Origin: Alphaproteobacteria bacterium
Lineage (GTDB): Bacteria > Pseudomonadota > Alphaproteobacteria > UBA828
Direction of reading: 5' to 3'
NCBI GenBank assembly: GCA_965237415.1
Contig: CBDEFM010000002.1
Span: forward strand, 128,001-192,000
Length of the DNA stretch: 64,000 bases
Below the pieces are notes generated by a model. That model did not search any database and was not told the DNA's origin. It saw only the letters and a list, made by a program, of their open reading frames with translations. Made by a program: the position numbers and the translations under genes. Below, piece by piece: positions 18,762 to 28,850 of the stretch (within the stretch, counting starts at the first letter, position 1; each line of letters opens with the position of its first letter).

Positions 18762-20262
18762 GACCGGCCTCCCTCAGGCTGTCATAGCGCTGGCAATCGG
18801 CAACCGGCTGGTGACGAAGTTGCAGGCCCTCGGGCGTCGGGATCGCCGCCGGCGGCGCCGGCTGGCGCTGCCGGGCAAGGATGTTGAGCACGACGTCGGC
18901 GCTGCAGGCGCCGCAGTCGAGCGCCTCGGCGCAGGCCGCCTCGACCGCCTCCAGTCCGTCCTCCTGAACCGCCGCGAGCACCTTGACGAACTGCCGGTCG
19001 CCGTCGTTGTGGCCCGCGAGCCGGGTTCGCAGGCGCCCGAGCGCGTTGGGCAACTGCCAGCCCTTGAAGGGCGCGCCATTGCGCAGCGCGCCGGGCTTCC
19101 TCGTCAGGATCGGCACGTAGTGCCACGGATCGTAGACGAACCGGCCGCGCCCGAAGCTCCGGGGATGCTCGGCGACGATCTCGCCGTCCTGGCGGATGGC
19201 GATCCGATCGGCATAGGCCCGCACGTCCACCGGCCGCCCCACCGCGCGTGCCGCGACGCTGTACTGGTTGTTGTCGAAGCGCACCAGACAGGTCTTGGAA
19301 ACCGCTACCTCAGTGGCATGGAAGCCGTCGAAGGGGCCGCGGTACGCCATCAGGAAGGGCCGCTCCTCCTCGAACACCTGCGACACCGTCTTGCCCTCGA
19401 TCGTCGGATGCGGCCGCTTCTTGGCGTCCTCGATGCACCGATCCATCAGCCACTCGTTGATCTCGGCGTAGGAGCGGCCCCGCGGGCTGGGCACGAACAG
19501 GCGGCCGCGAACGTCACCCACCTGCCTCTCGACCTGCCCCTTCTCCCAGCCAACCCCTGGCGTGCACGCCACAGGCTCGACCAGATGGTGCGAACACATC
19601 TCCTGGAAGCGGCGGTTGTAGTCCCGCTTCTTGCCCACGAACACCGTGCTCACCGCCGTCTTCATGTTGTCGTAGATGCCTCGCCGGCAGACCCCGCCGA
19701 AGAAGCGGAAGGCGCGCTCGTGCGCCTCGAACACCATCTCCTGGCTCTCGCGCGGGAAGATCTGAACCAGCTGCATCCGGCTGTAGCAGAGCCGCATGTG
19801 CGCCGCCTTCACCTTGGTCGTCACACCCGACAGGCGCGCGTACTCGTGGCTCCAGTCGAACTGGTAAGCCTCGCCGGGATCGAAGCTCAGCGGCACAAAG
19901 GCCTGCGACTGCGACAACAGCCGCCACCGGCGCCGCCAGGTCCTGGCATAGCGGCGCACCGCGTCATAGCCGCCGCCATAGCCCAGAGCCCCAAGGTCTT
20001 CATGAATCCGCAGAAGAGACAGCCGATCCTTGCGTGCCTTCTTCTCGTTGGCCTTCAGCTGGCGCTCGAGTTCCTCCACCCACGGCCCCAGCTTCGGCAT
20101 CGGCTGGATCTTGCGCTCGTAGCTGAACGAGGTCTCATCGCCCCGCACCACCTTGCGCACCGTGTTCTTCGAAACCCTCAAATCCCGGGCGATCTTCTTG
20201 ATCGGAACGCCCCTCACCAGATGATCCAGACGGATCTTCGCGATCGTTTCCACAACCAGCAT
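18748..20262 (-). CDS. istA: IS21 transposase IstA
   Basis: [37 protein letters not shown]. Confidence 0.95.
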   Translation of the reverse strand: MLVVETIAKIRLDHLVRGVPIKKIARDLRVSKNTVRKVVRGDETSFSYERKIQPMPKLGPWVEELERQLKANEKKARKDRLSLLRIHEDLGALGYGGGYDAVRRYARTWRRRWRLLSQSQAFVPLSFDPGEAYQFDWSHEYARLSGVTTKVKAAHMRLCYSRMQLVQIFPRESQEMVFEAHERAFRFFGGVCRRGIYDNMKTAVSTVFVGKKRDYNRRFQEMCSHHLVEPVACTPGVGWEKGQVERQVGDVRGRLFVPSPRGRSYAEINEWLMDRCIEDAKKRPHPTIEGKTVSQVFEEERPFLMAYRGPFDGFHATEVAVSKTCLVRFDNNQYSVAARAVGRPVDVRAYADRIAIRQDGEIVAEHPRSFGRGRFVYDPWHYVPILTRKPGALRNGAPFKGWQLPNALGRLRTRLAGHNDGDRQFVKVLAAVQEDGLEAVEAACAEALDCGACSADVVLNILARQRQPAPPAAIPTPEGLQLRHQPVADCQRYDSLREAGHGAS

Positions 20263-20380
20263 CTCCCCCCCACCCCGTCCGTCCAAACGACGAGGTGTGT
20301 TCATGGACACAAACCATGGGGGGTCAAATTTGGACGCCGATCACCCCCAACAGGGGGTCAATTTTCCACGCTTAACAACA

Positions 20381-20592
20381 AGCGGGTTCGCGGCGCCCTG
20401 CACATCCAGACGGTCAACAGCCGCCACAGCCAGATCAAGGGCTTCCTGCGGGGCTTCCGCGGCATCGCCACCGAGTACCTCGACAGCTATCTCAGGTGGT
20501 TCCATCTCATCGAACTCGGCGATCAGCCATCGCCCAGAGCGTGTCTCGAGGCGGCAATGGCCAGACCATGCCTACGCTTCGCTAATTGAGCC
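20381..20592 (+). mobile_element. IS1595-family remnant (transposase C-terminus plus probable terminal end)
   Basis: RVRGALHIQTVNSRHSQIKGFLRGFRGIATEYLDSYLRWF matches the IS1595 C-terminal signature; ends ...GAGCC (rc GGCTC). Confidence 0.8.
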
Positions 20593-20732
20593 TACAAAAT
20601 AGCGTGGGATTTGTCTATCTCCTTGCTATTACTCCATTTTCGCTGGTCGCCAGAATCCTCAATCGAGTCCGCACTCCGCCATTTTCAAAGTGCCGGTCCA
20701 GTACCAACGGGGGCAGGTCAGTGACGCGCGGC

Positions 20733-20765
20733 TTGACAGGCTCGACAAAAGAACAAATAGTGAAC
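20733..20765 (+). promoter_or_regulatory. SOS promoter: -35 TTGACA and alphaproteobacterial LexA box GAAC-N7-GAAC (20751-20765)
   Basis: GAACAAATAGTGAAC ends 4 bp before the imuA ATG. Confidence 0.9.
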
Positions 20766-20769
20766 AACC

Positions 20770-21687
20770 ATGAGCGCCTCCCACCCCATACCCCCGGACC
20801 GAGTCTCTCGCGCGCACGCTGGCACGGCCACGGACATGGCTGGTGCAGCCGCTGTGCCCTCCGCCGTGCCTACCGATCTGGACGCGCTGCGGCGGCGCAT
20901 CGCGGCGCTCGAACGCCGCCCGCCCGCGCTGGAGGGCGCCGCTGACGGAAGCCGCGCGGGGCGGCCCTGGTCGCTCGGCGTCGGCGCTCTGGACGGTGCC
21001 TTGCCGGAGGGGGGCCTCGCGGCGGACGGCCTGCACGAGGCCGCGGGTGCGAGCGCTGCGGACGGGCCGGCGGCGGCTGCCTTTCTCGCGGCGCTGCTGG
21101 CGCGGCGGGTGCGTGGCGGTGAGCGCGCCGGCGAGCGCGGGACTGTGCTGGTCTGCCAGAGCCGGGGTGGGGCCGCCCGCTTCGGCCGCCTCCACGGCCC
21201 GGGCTGGCGCGATCTCGGCCTGGAGCCGGCGGACCTGCTGATCCTCCGCGCCCGCCGCGAGAGGGACGTGCCCTGGGCGATGGAGGAGGGGCTCCGCTGC
21301 GGCGCGCTCGCGGCGGTGCTGGCCGAGGCCGAGGGCATCGAATTCACCGTGAGCCGGCGCCTCGCGCTCGCCGCGGCTGAGGGCGCAACGCCGGCGCTGC
21401 TGCTGCGCCATGACGCGCTCGGCCCGGCGAGCGCGGCGCTGACACGCTGGCGGGTGACGGCGTTGCCGGGCCGGGCCGACCCCTTCGACGAGGGCGCGCC
21501 CGGCCTGCCCCGCTGGCGCCTCGCCCTCGTGCGCGCGCGCGGCGGACGGCCTGCCACATGCGATGTGGAGTGGAACCGTGAGACGGGTGATTTCCGTATG
21601 GCTGCCGCGCTGGCCGATCGACCGGCTACGCCGCGAGCGGGCGCGGTCGAGGCTCCGCGCCGGTCCCGCGCGCTGGGCGGCGGCTGA
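20770..21687 (+). CDS. imuA: ImuA (RecA/SulA-like mutasome protein)
   Basis: LDGALPEGGL..GLHE, WAMEEGLRCGAL, RRLALAA, TRWRV; first gene of imuA-imuB-dnaE2. Confidence 0.9.
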   Translation: MSASHPIPPDRVSRAHAGTATDMAGAAAVPSAVPTDLDALRRRIAALERRPPALEGAADGSRAGRPWSLGVGALDGALPEGGLAADGLHEAAGASAADGPAAAAFLAALLARRVRGGERAGERGTVLVCQSRGGAARFGRLHGPGWRDLGLEPADLLILRARRERDVPWAMEEGLRCGALAAVLAEAEGIEFTVSRRLALAAAEGATPALLLRHDALGPASAALTRWRVTALPGRADPFDEGAPGLPRWRLALVRARGGRPATCDVEWNRETGDFRMAAALADRPATPRAGAVEAPRRSRALGGG

Positions 21688-23383
21688 GGCGGCTAGAGCG
21701 AGTCCGTCCTTGACGGACTCGCGACAGGCCGCGACCGCGGCCCGCCGCTTCTGCGGCGCCCTCGCGGCAGGCGCCGGCCGCAGGCCGGCCGCCGTGAGCG
21801 ACAAAGAGCCAGAGCGTTTCCGTGTGAAACGGAAAGGCTCTGGCGCGGCCGCGCCGGTCCCCTTCGCCCTGGTGGCACCGGGCCGCCGCGGGCCGGTGCT
21901 GTGGGCGGTCAACCGCGAGGCCGGCGCACAGGGGCTGAGGCCCGGCATGCGCCTTGCCGACGCCCGCGCCCTGCACGCGGGCTTCGTCACGGCGCGCGCC
22001 GACCCGGCGGCGGACCGGCAGGGGCTCGAGCGGCTCGCCCTCTGGTGCAACCGCTTCACGCCCTGGTGCGCGGTGGACGGCGAGGACGGGCTGCTGCTCG
22101 ACATCACGGGCTGCGCCCACCTCTTCGGCGGCGAGGCGGCGCTCATGGACGAGATCGCGGCGCGGGTCACCGGCCTCGGCGTCGAGTCCCGTCTCGGCCT
22201 CGCCGACACGCCGGGCGCCGCCTGGGCGCTCGCCCGTTTCGGCCCGGCGGAGACGCGCATCGCCGCACCCGGCGGCGCGAGCACGGCGATCGCGGGCCTC
22301 CCGGTCGAGGCTCTCAGGCTCGCGGCCGAGGATGCCCACCTGCTGCGCCGCCTGGGCCTTACCACCATCGGCGCGGTGGAGGGCCTGCCGCGCGCGTCGC
22401 TCGCCCGCCGCTTCCCCTGCCGGGAGCGGGGGAGCGCGGTGCTCGCGCGCCTCGACCGGGCGCTGGGCCGGCAGGCCGAGCCGATCGTGCCCATGGCCCC
22501 GCCGCCCGCCTGCCTGGAGCGCCTGGCCCTGCTGGAGCCCCTGATCGACCGGGCGGGGCTCGACGCGGCGCTGGCCCGGCTCATGCCCGGACTGGCCGCG
22601 TCCCTGGAGCGGGACGGGCTCGGCGTGCGGCGGCTCGTGCTCTGGTGCTACCGGGTCGACGGCGGCGTGGTCCGGCGCGCGGTCGCCACGGCGCGTGCGA
22701 CAAGGGACGGCGATCACTTGCTGCGCCTCTTCCGGGAGACGCTGGAGACCGTCGACCCCGGCTTCGGAATCGATCTCGCGGCGCTCCACGCCGAGCGCGT
22801 CGAGCCGCTGGCGCCCGCGCAGCTTTCGCTCACCGGGGATAGGCGGAGGCGGGGCGACGTGGACCTGCTGGTCGATCGCCTGCTGGCAAAGCTGGGCGAA
22901 GGCGCCGTCTGCCGTCTGGAGCCGGTCGCCCGCCACAGGCCGGAGCAGGCGGAGCGGGCGGTGACGCCCGGCTGGGAGCCTGTGCCCTGGCGCGAAGCGC
23001 CTCCCGATACGTCCGAGGCGCCCCCCGATGCGCCCGATGCGCCCGCGACGCCCCAACGACCTCAACGGCCCTTCCGCCTGTTCGACCGGCCCGAGCCGGT
23101 GGAGGTGATGGCCGAGGTGCCGGACGGCCCGCCGCTGCTCTTCATCTGGCGGCGGGTGCGCCGCCGCGTCGCCCGCGCCGCCGGGCCCGAGCGCATCGAG
23201 CCGGAATGGTGGGCCGGTGCCGGAGAGCGGGACGAGACGGTGCGCGACTACTACCGTATCGAGGACGCAGACGGCCGGCGCTACTGGCTCTACCGCGCCG
23301 GCCTCTACGGCGATGGTGGGGGCGATGGCGGTGGCGACGCCGGGCGCGCGCCCCGCTGGTACGTGCACGGGCTCTATGGTTAA
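21578..23383 (+). CDS. imuB: ImuB, inactive Y-family polymerase
   Basis: RVISVWLPRW, GLLLDITGCAHLFGGE, GPERIEPEWW, RDYYRIED, WYVHG. Confidence 0.92.
   Translation: MRRVISVWLPRWPIDRLRRERARSRLRAGPARWAAAEAARASPSLTDSRQAATAARRFCGALAAGAGRRPAAVSDKEPERFRVKRKGSGAAAPVPFALVAPGRRGPVLWAVNREAGAQGLRPGMRLADARALHAGFVTARADPAADRQGLERLALWCNRFTPWCAVDGEDGLLLDITGCAHLFGGEAALMDEIAARVTGLGVESRLGLADTPGAAWALARFGPAETRIAAPGGASTAIAGLPVEALRLAAEDAHLLRRLGLTTIGAVEGLPRASLARRFPCRERGSAVLARLDRALGRQAEPIVPMAPPPACLERLALLEPLIDRAGLDAALARLMPGLAASLERDGLGVRRLVLWCYRVDGGVVRRAVATARATRDGDHLLRLFRETLETVDPGFGIDLAALHAERVEPLAPAQLSLTGDRRRRGDVDLLVDRLLAKLGEGAVCRLEPVARHRPEQAERAVTPGWEPVPWREAPPDTSEAPPDAPDAPATPQRPQRPFRLFDRPEPVEVMAEVPDGPPLLFIWRRVRRRVARAAGPERIEPEWWAGAGERDETVRDYYRIEDADGRRYWLYRAGLYGDGGGDGGGDAGRAPRWYVHGLYG
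21693..21843 (+). repeat. palindromic REP/RPE-like element inserted in frame in imuB
   Basis: Bounded by CTAG (21693) and CTGG (21840), 147 bp apart; hairpins GCGAGTCCGTC-CTT-GACGGACTCGC and AGAGCGTTTCCGT-GTGAA-ACGGAAAGGCTCT. Confidence 0.7.
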
Positions 23384-23407
23384 CGCGCGCGTTTCCGCGC
23401 GACACGG

Positions 23408-26400
23408 ATGACGCTCAAGTCTTCACAGGGCCGGCACGTCGCCTACGCCGAGCTGCAGGCGGTGAGCAACTTCAGCTTTCTGCGCGGCGCCTCCCACGCC
23501 GAGGAACTGGTGGAGCGGGCGGCGGACCTGGGGCTCGCCGCCATCGGCATCGCCGACCGCAACACCCTCGCCGGCGCGGTGCGCGCCCATGTGGCAGCGA
23601 AGGCTGTCGCGGCGAAGGCTGTCGCGGCGAAGGCTGTCGCGGCGAAGGCGGCGGGCCTGCGACTGCTAACCGGCGCGCGGCTCGACCTCGCCTGCGGGTT
23701 CTCGCTCCTCTGCTATCCCCGCGACCGCGCCGCCTACGGCCGCCTTTGCCGTCTTCTCACCCTCGGCCAGCGGCGCGCGGCCAAGGGCGGTTGCGTACTC
23801 CATCTCGACGACGTGACGGCCCACGACGAGGGCCAAGTGCTGATCGCGCTGCCGCCGGACCGCCTGGACGAGAGGGGCGGCGAGGGGGACGGCGGGCCGT
23901 TCGAGGCGGCGCTCGCCGCACTCCGCCGGCGCCATGAGGGCCCGCTCTATCTCGCCACCCACATGCTCTACCGGGGCGACGACGTGAGCCGTCTCAACCG
24001 GCTGGCGGCGCTGGCCGAACGGCACGCGACGCCCCTGGTCGCCACCAACGACGTCCACTATCACGCGCGCAAGCGCCGGCCGCTGCAGGACGTGCTGACC
24101 GCGATCCGCACGCGCGTCCCCGTGGCGCAAGCCGGCTGGCGCCTCGCCGCCAATGCCGAGCGCCACCTCAAGAGCGGGGCCGAGATGGCGCGGCTCTTCC
24201 GGGGCCACGAGGATGCCGTGGCCCGCACCCTGGAGATCGTCGAGCAGTGTACCTTCAGCCTCGACGAGCTGGCCTACGAGTATCCCGACGAGCCGGTGCC
24301 CGCCGGCAGCACGCCGCAGCAGCACCTGGAGGCGCTGACCTGGGAGGGAGCGGAGCAGTGCTATCCCGGCGGCATCCCGGCCAAGGTCCGCCGCGCGCTG
24401 GTGCACGAGCTCGGGCTCATCGCCGAGCTCGGCTACGCGCCCTACTTCCTCACCGTGCACGACATCATGCGCTTCGCCAGGGGGAAGGGCATCCTCTGCC
24501 AGGGGCGGGGGTCGGCCGCCAACTCCGCCGTCTGCTATTGCCTCGGCATCACCGCCGTCGACCCGGCGCAGATCGACCTCCTGTTCGAGCGCTTCGTCTC
24601 GCGCGAGCGGCGCGAGCCCCCCGACATCGACGTCGACTTCGAGCACGAGCGGCGCGAGGAGGTGATCCAGTACATCTACGGCCGCTACGGCCGCGCCCGC
24701 GCAGGCCTCGCCGCCACCGTCATCAGCTACCGGGGGCGGAGCGCGGCGCGGGACGTGGGCAAGGCCATGGGGCTCTCGGAGGACACGGCCGCAGCGCTCG
24801 CCGGCGCGATCCGGGACGTGCACCGGGAGGGCGTCGCCGCGAGCCGCCTGCAAGAGGCCGGCCTCGACCCCGCCGACCCGCTGCTGCGCCAGACCGTGGC
24901 GCTCGCGCGCGCGCTGATCGGCTTTCCCCGCCACCTCTCCCAGCATGTCGGCGGCTTCGTGCTGACCCGCGGGCCGCTGGAGGAGATCGTGCCCATCGGC
25001 AACGGGGCGATGAAGGACCGCACCTTCGTCGAGTGGGACAAGGACGCCCTCGAGGCGCTCGGCCTGATGAAGGTCGACGTGCTGGGGCTCGGCATGCTGA
25101 CCTGCATCCGCAAGTCCTTCGAATTACTGGCCCATCACAAGGGCTTGCATCTGACACTTGCCTCGGTTCCGCAGGACGACCCGGCGGTCTACGACATGCT
25201 GTGCCGGGCCGATACGGTCGGCGTCTTCCAGATCGAGAGCCGGGCGCAGATGAACATGCTGCCGAGGCTCAAGCCCCGCCGCTTCTACGACCTGGTGATC
25301 GAGGTCGCGATCGTGCGCCCCGGCCCGATTCAGGGCGACATGGTGCATCCCTACCTGCGCCGCCGCGACGGGCTGGAGGAGGTGATCTACCCGGCGCCGG
25401 CGCCGGAGCACGGCCCCCCTGACGAGCTGCGCCGGGTGCTTGAAAAAACCCTCGGCGTGCCGCTCTTCCAGGAGCAGGCGATGCGGCTCGCCATGGAGGC
25501 GGCGAAGTTCACGCCGGACGAGGCGGACGCGCTGCGCCGTGCCATGGCCACCTTCCGCCGGCGCGGGACGCTCAGCCTGCTGAAGGAGAAGATGGTGGGG
25601 CGCATGGTGGCGCGCGGCTACGACCCTGAGCTTGCAGAGCGCTGCTTCCGCCAGATCGAGGGGTTCGGGGACTATGGCTTCCCCGAATCCCACGCCGCGA
25701 GCTTCGCGCTCCTGGCCTATGTCTCCTCCTGGCTCAAGTGCTACCACCCCGACGCCTTCGCCTGCGCGCTGCTGAACGCCCAGCCCATGGGCTTCTACGC
25801 CCCCGCCCAGATCGTGCGGGATGCGCGCGAGCACGGCGTCGAAGTGCGCCCGGTGGATGTCAACGCGAGCGGCTGGGACAACAGTCTGGAGGACACGGGA
25901 AAGGGCGTGGGGGAGGGGGGCTGCGCGCTCCGCCTCGGCCTGCGCCAGGTGGGCGGCCTGCGCCAGGAGGATGCGGCACGCATCGTGGACGCGCGCGTCG
26001 CGGACACGCGGTACGTGCCTTATCCCGATCTCGGCACGCTCCGCCACCGCGCCGGGATCTCGGCCTCCGCCATCGAGACCCTGGCGGGGGCCGACGCCTT
26101 CCGCTCCCTAGGCCTCGATCGGCGCCAGGCGCTGTGGCAGGCCCGCGCGCTGGCCAAGGCGCCGCCGCTGCCGCTCTTCGAGGCCGCGGATCAGCGCGAA
26201 GAGGGGAGGGAGCCGGCGGTGGCGCTCCCCGCGATGGCCGACGGCGAGCAGGTGGTGGAGGACTACCGCACGCTCCGCCTCTCGTTGCACGCGCATCCGC
26301 TCGCCTTCCTGCGCGAGCGGCTGGCGGGGCGGGGTGCGCTTGCGGCCGGGGCGATGGCGCGCGCCCGGGACGGAGACCGTGCGGCGGCGGCCGGGCTCGT

Positions 26401-26770
26401 GCTGGTGCGCCAGCGGCCGGGCAGCGCCAAGGGCGTGATCTTCATGACGCTGGAGGACGAGACCGGGACCGTGAACGTGGTCGTCTGGCCCAACATCCTG
26501 GAGCGATACCGCCGGGCGGTGCTGGGCGGGCGCCTCGCGATGGTGCGGGGCCGGGTGCAGCGGGCCGGCGAGATCGTCCATCTGGTCGCAGCCCACGTGG
26601 AGGATCTCACCCACTGGCTCGACCTGCTGACGCCGGATCAAGGCACCGCGCAGCCATCGGCGGAGCACGCCAGGGCGCACGGCGGGCGCGACGGACGGCG
26701 GCCCGCCGCGGCGCCCGCACGCCACCCGCGCAACCAGCGCGTCATCCCGCGCTCACGGGACTTCCGGTGA
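23408..26770 (+). CDS. dnaE2: error-prone DNA polymerase DnaE2 (ImuC)
   Basis: SNFSFLRGASH PHP start, QGRGSAANS, PPDIDVDFE, C-terminal SRDFR. Confidence 0.97.
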   Translation: MTLKSSQGRHVAYAELQAVSNFSFLRGASHAEELVERAADLGLAAIGIADRNTLAGAVRAHVAAKAVAAKAVAAKAVAAKAAGLRLLTGARLDLACGFSLLCYPRDRAAYGRLCRLLTLGQRRAAKGGCVLHLDDVTAHDEGQVLIALPPDRLDERGGEGDGGPFEAALAALRRRHEGPLYLATHMLYRGDDVSRLNRLAALAERHATPLVATNDVHYHARKRRPLQDVLTAIRTRVPVAQAGWRLAANAERHLKSGAEMARLFRGHEDAVARTLEIVEQCTFSLDELAYEYPDEPVPAGSTPQQHLEALTWEGAEQCYPGGIPAKVRRALVHELGLIAELGYAPYFLTVHDIMRFARGKGILCQGRGSAANSAVCYCLGITAVDPAQIDLLFERFVSRERREPPDIDVDFEHERREEVIQYIYGRYGRARAGLAATVISYRGRSAARDVGKAMGLSEDTAAALAGAIRDVHREGVAASRLQEAGLDPADPLLRQTVALARALIGFPRHLSQHVGGFVLTRGPLEEIVPIGNGAMKDRTFVEWDKDALEALGLMKVDVLGLGMLTCIRKSFELLAHHKGLHLTLASVPQDDPAVYDMLCRADTVGVFQIESRAQMNMLPRLKPRRFYDLVIEVAIVRPGPIQGDMVHPYLRRRDGLEEVIYPAPAPEHGPPDELRRVLEKTLGVPLFQEQAMRLAMEAAKFTPDEADALRRAMATFRRRGTLSLLKEKMVGRMVARGYDPELAERCFRQIEGFGDYGFPESHAASFALLAYVSSWLKCYHPDAFACALLNAQPMGFYAPAQIVRDAREHGVEVRPVDVNASGWDNSLEDTGKGVGEGGCALRLGLRQVGGLRQEDAARIVDARVADTRYVPYPDLGTLRHRAGISASAIETLAGADAFRSLGLDRRQALWQARALAKAPPLPLFEAADQREEGREPAVALPAMADGEQVVEDYRTLRLSLHAHPLAFLRERLAGRGALAAGAMARARDGDRAAAAGLVLVRQRPGSAKGVIFMTLEDETGTVNVVVWPNILERYRRAVLGGRLAMVRGRVQRAGEIVHLVAAHVEDLTHWLDLLTPDQGTAQPSAEHARAHGGRDGRRPAAAPARHPRNQRVIPRSRDFR
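23597..23649 (+). repeat. 15-bp tandem repeat x3.5 (AKAVA) in the dnaE2 PHP domain
   Basis: GCGAAGGCTGTCGCG x3 plus GCGAAGGC. Confidence 0.95.
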
Positions 26771-26809
26771 GGGCCGGCGCGATCAATCAAGCCACGACGA
26801 GGGCACCGA

Positions 26810-26845
26810 ATATGCACTTGACACCATATGCTTTCAAGGACATGT
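26810..26845 (+). promoter_or_regulatory. putative TA promoter/operator: two overlapping ATATG-N10-CAT(A/G)T palindromes with TTGACA
   Basis: ATATG-CACTTGACAC-CATAT (26810-26829) and ATATG-CTTTCAAGGA-CATGT (26826-26845), directly upstream of the XRE gene. Confidence 0.6.
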
Positions 26846-26855
26846 AGGGATTGTG

Positions 26856-27182
26856 ATGACCGTAAGCCTTGAGACCATGATGGCGAGGCTCGACCCCGAG
26901 CGACGCCGCAAGATCGAGGAGCGGGCGGCCGAGCTCATCGCCGAGGAAATGACCCTGCGCGAGTTGCGCAAGGCGCGGCAGCTCACCCAGGCGCGCGTCG
27001 CGGCCGAGCTCGGCATCAGCCAGGACGGCGTCTCCCGCCTCGAGCAGCGCAGCGATTTCCTGCTCTCGACCTTGCGAAAGACCGTGGAGGCCATGGGCGG
27101 CAGCCTCTCGCTCATCGCGAGATTTCCCAACCGTCCGCCCGTCGAGCTGTCGGGCATCGCCGAGAGCGACCCACGCGACTGA
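26856..27182 (+). CDS. XRE-family HTH, HigA-like antitoxin (orphan)
   Basis: LRELRKARQLTQARVAAELGISQDGVSRLEQRSD..LSTLRKTVEAMGG. Confidence 0.88.
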   Translation: MTVSLETMMARLDPERRRKIEERAAELIAEEMTLRELRKARQLTQARVAAELGISQDGVSRLEQRSDFLLSTLRKTVEAMGGSLSLIARFPNRPPVELSGIAESDPRD

Positions 27183-27296
27183 CGCTCGGGGCGAACGCAC
27201 GCCCAGACGCCGGCAAGCCCGCAAGGCTTGCCGTCTGCGTCCCCCGATGGTTCGTTAGGGTCCGAGCACGATCACACATTTCCGGAAGAAGGGCCC

Positions 27297-28589
27297 ATGA
27301 ACTTCGACATTGGCGACAAGGCGAAAGAGGTACGCGACCAGGTGGCGGCCTTCATGGAAGCGCACGTCTACCCCAATGAAGAGGAGATGTTCGCGCAGAT
27401 CGACGAGGGCGACCGCTGGCAGCCGATCGCGCTGCTCGAAGAGCTGAAGGCGAAGGCCAGGGCCGAGGGGCTCTGGAACCTGTTCCTGCCCGAGAGCGCG
27501 TACGGCGCCGGGCTCTCCAACCTCGACTACGCGCCCGCTTGCGAGGAGATGGGGCGCTCCCACTTCGCGCCCGAGGTCTTCAACTGCTCGGCGCCCGATA
27601 CCGGCAACATGGAGGTGCTGGTCCGCTACGGCACCGAGGCGCAGCGCGCGGCGTGGCTCACGCCGCTGCTCGCCGGCGAGATCCGCTCCGCCTTCGCCAT
27701 GACCGAGGTCGAGGTCGCGTCCTCCGACGCCACCAATATCGAGACCCGAATCGAGCGGGATGGCGCGGACTACGTCATCAACGGCCGCAAGTGGTGGACC
27801 TCGGGCGCGCTCGACCCCCGCTGCCGTATCCTGATCGTCATGGGCAAGACCGACCCGGAGAACCCCGACCGCCATAAGCAGCAGTCGATGATCCTGGTGC
27901 CGCTGCCTTGGCCCGGCGTCACGGTGAAGCGCATGCTGCCGGTCTTCGGCTTCGACGACGCGCCGCACGGCCACGGCGAGGTGCTGTTCGAGAACGCGCG
28001 CGTGCCGGCGGAGAACATGCTGCTGGGCGAGGGCCGGGGCTTCGAGATCGCGCAGGGGCGCCTCGGGCCGGGGCGCATCCACCATTGCATGCGCCTGATC
28101 GGGCTTGCCGAGCGCGCGCTTGAGCGCATGTGCCGGCGCACCATGATGCGCGTCACCTTCGGCAAGCCGGTCGCGGACCGGACCGTGACGCAGGAGCGGA
28201 TCGCCGACGCCCGCATCATGATCGAGCAGTCCCGCCTGCTCACGCTGAGGGCCGCCTACATGATGGACACGGTCGGCAACAAGACCGCGCGTAAGGAGAT
28301 CGCGATGATCAAGGTGGCCGCGCCCATCATGGCCTGCAAGGTGATCGACTGGGCGATCCAGGCCTTCGGCGGCGCGGGCGTGACCACCGACTACGGCCTC
28401 GCCTACGCCTACGCCAACGCGCGCCTGCTGCGCCTCGCCGACGGGCCGGACGAGGTGCACCGCAACCAGATCGCCCGCCTCGAGCTCAGGCCCTACCGCA
28501 ACACGGTGAGCGCGCGGGGCGGCAACGCCTTCGTCATGCCGCGCGACGAGGAACCCGGTCCAAGCACGCGCCCCCGCCTCGTGGTGTAG
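27297..28589 (+). CDS. acyl-CoA dehydrogenase
   Basis: [40 protein letters not shown]. Confidence 0.93.
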   Translation: MNFDIGDKAKEVRDQVAAFMEAHVYPNEEEMFAQIDEGDRWQPIALLEELKAKARAEGLWNLFLPESAYGAGLSNLDYAPACEEMGRSHFAPEVFNCSAPDTGNMEVLVRYGTEAQRAAWLTPLLAGEIRSAFAMTEVEVASSDATNIETRIERDGADYVINGRKWWTSGALDPRCRILIVMGKTDPENPDRHKQQSMILVPLPWPGVTVKRMLPVFGFDDAPHGHGEVLFENARVPAENMLLGEGRGFEIAQGRLGPGRIHHCMRLIGLAERALERMCRRTMMRVTFGKPVADRTVTQERIADARIMIEQSRLLTLRAAYMMDTVGNKTARKEIAMIKVAAPIMACKVIDWAIQAFGGAGVTTDYGLAYAYANARLLRLADGPDEVHRNQIARLELRPYRNTVSARGGNAFVMPRDEEPGPSTRPRLVV

Positions 28590-28611
28590 GTGGCGGCGCC
28601 CACCTCCCCCT

Positions 28612-28748
28612 GACTCGTTCATATCCCTCAACGGCGGGCGCGAGTAACGTGCTCCCGCGCGCGTGTAAACGCGCGACGCTCGCTTGCCTACGCGCATACG
28701 CGCGCGGCGCAGTCGCGCCGTCCGGGCCTGCGGCCCGGCAGGGCGGAG
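28612..28748. repeat. 137-bp dispersed repeat, copy 1 (inverted copy at 42259-42395)
   Basis: Starts GACTCGTTCATATCCCTCAACGGCGG; 4 mismatches between the copies by manual alignment. Confidence 0.92.
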
Positions 28749-28778
28749 AGGGAACGTAGGCGGCATCGGGACGCACTC

Positions 28779-28824
28779 TCCCTCTCCTCCCCGCCGGGGA
28801 GGAGAGGGCCGGGGTGAGGTGGGG
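28779..28824. repeat. REP-like palindrome (CTCTCCTCCCC..GGGGAGGAGAGGGCCGGGGTGAGGTGGGG)
   Basis: Inverted near-copy at about 37950-37995. Confidence 0.85.
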
Positions 28825-28850
28825 TGTGGCTAGCGGCTCGACCCTGCCGC

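Larger units (their letters stand above)
17831..20380 (-). mobile_element. IS21-family element, 2550 bp
   Basis: TG...CA ends: TGTCAAACGGCTTTCAATACTGACCCCC and (rc) TGTTGTTAAGCGTGGAAAATTGACCCCC, with repeated TGACCCC motifs; encodes istA and istB; no target duplication. Confidence 0.92.
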
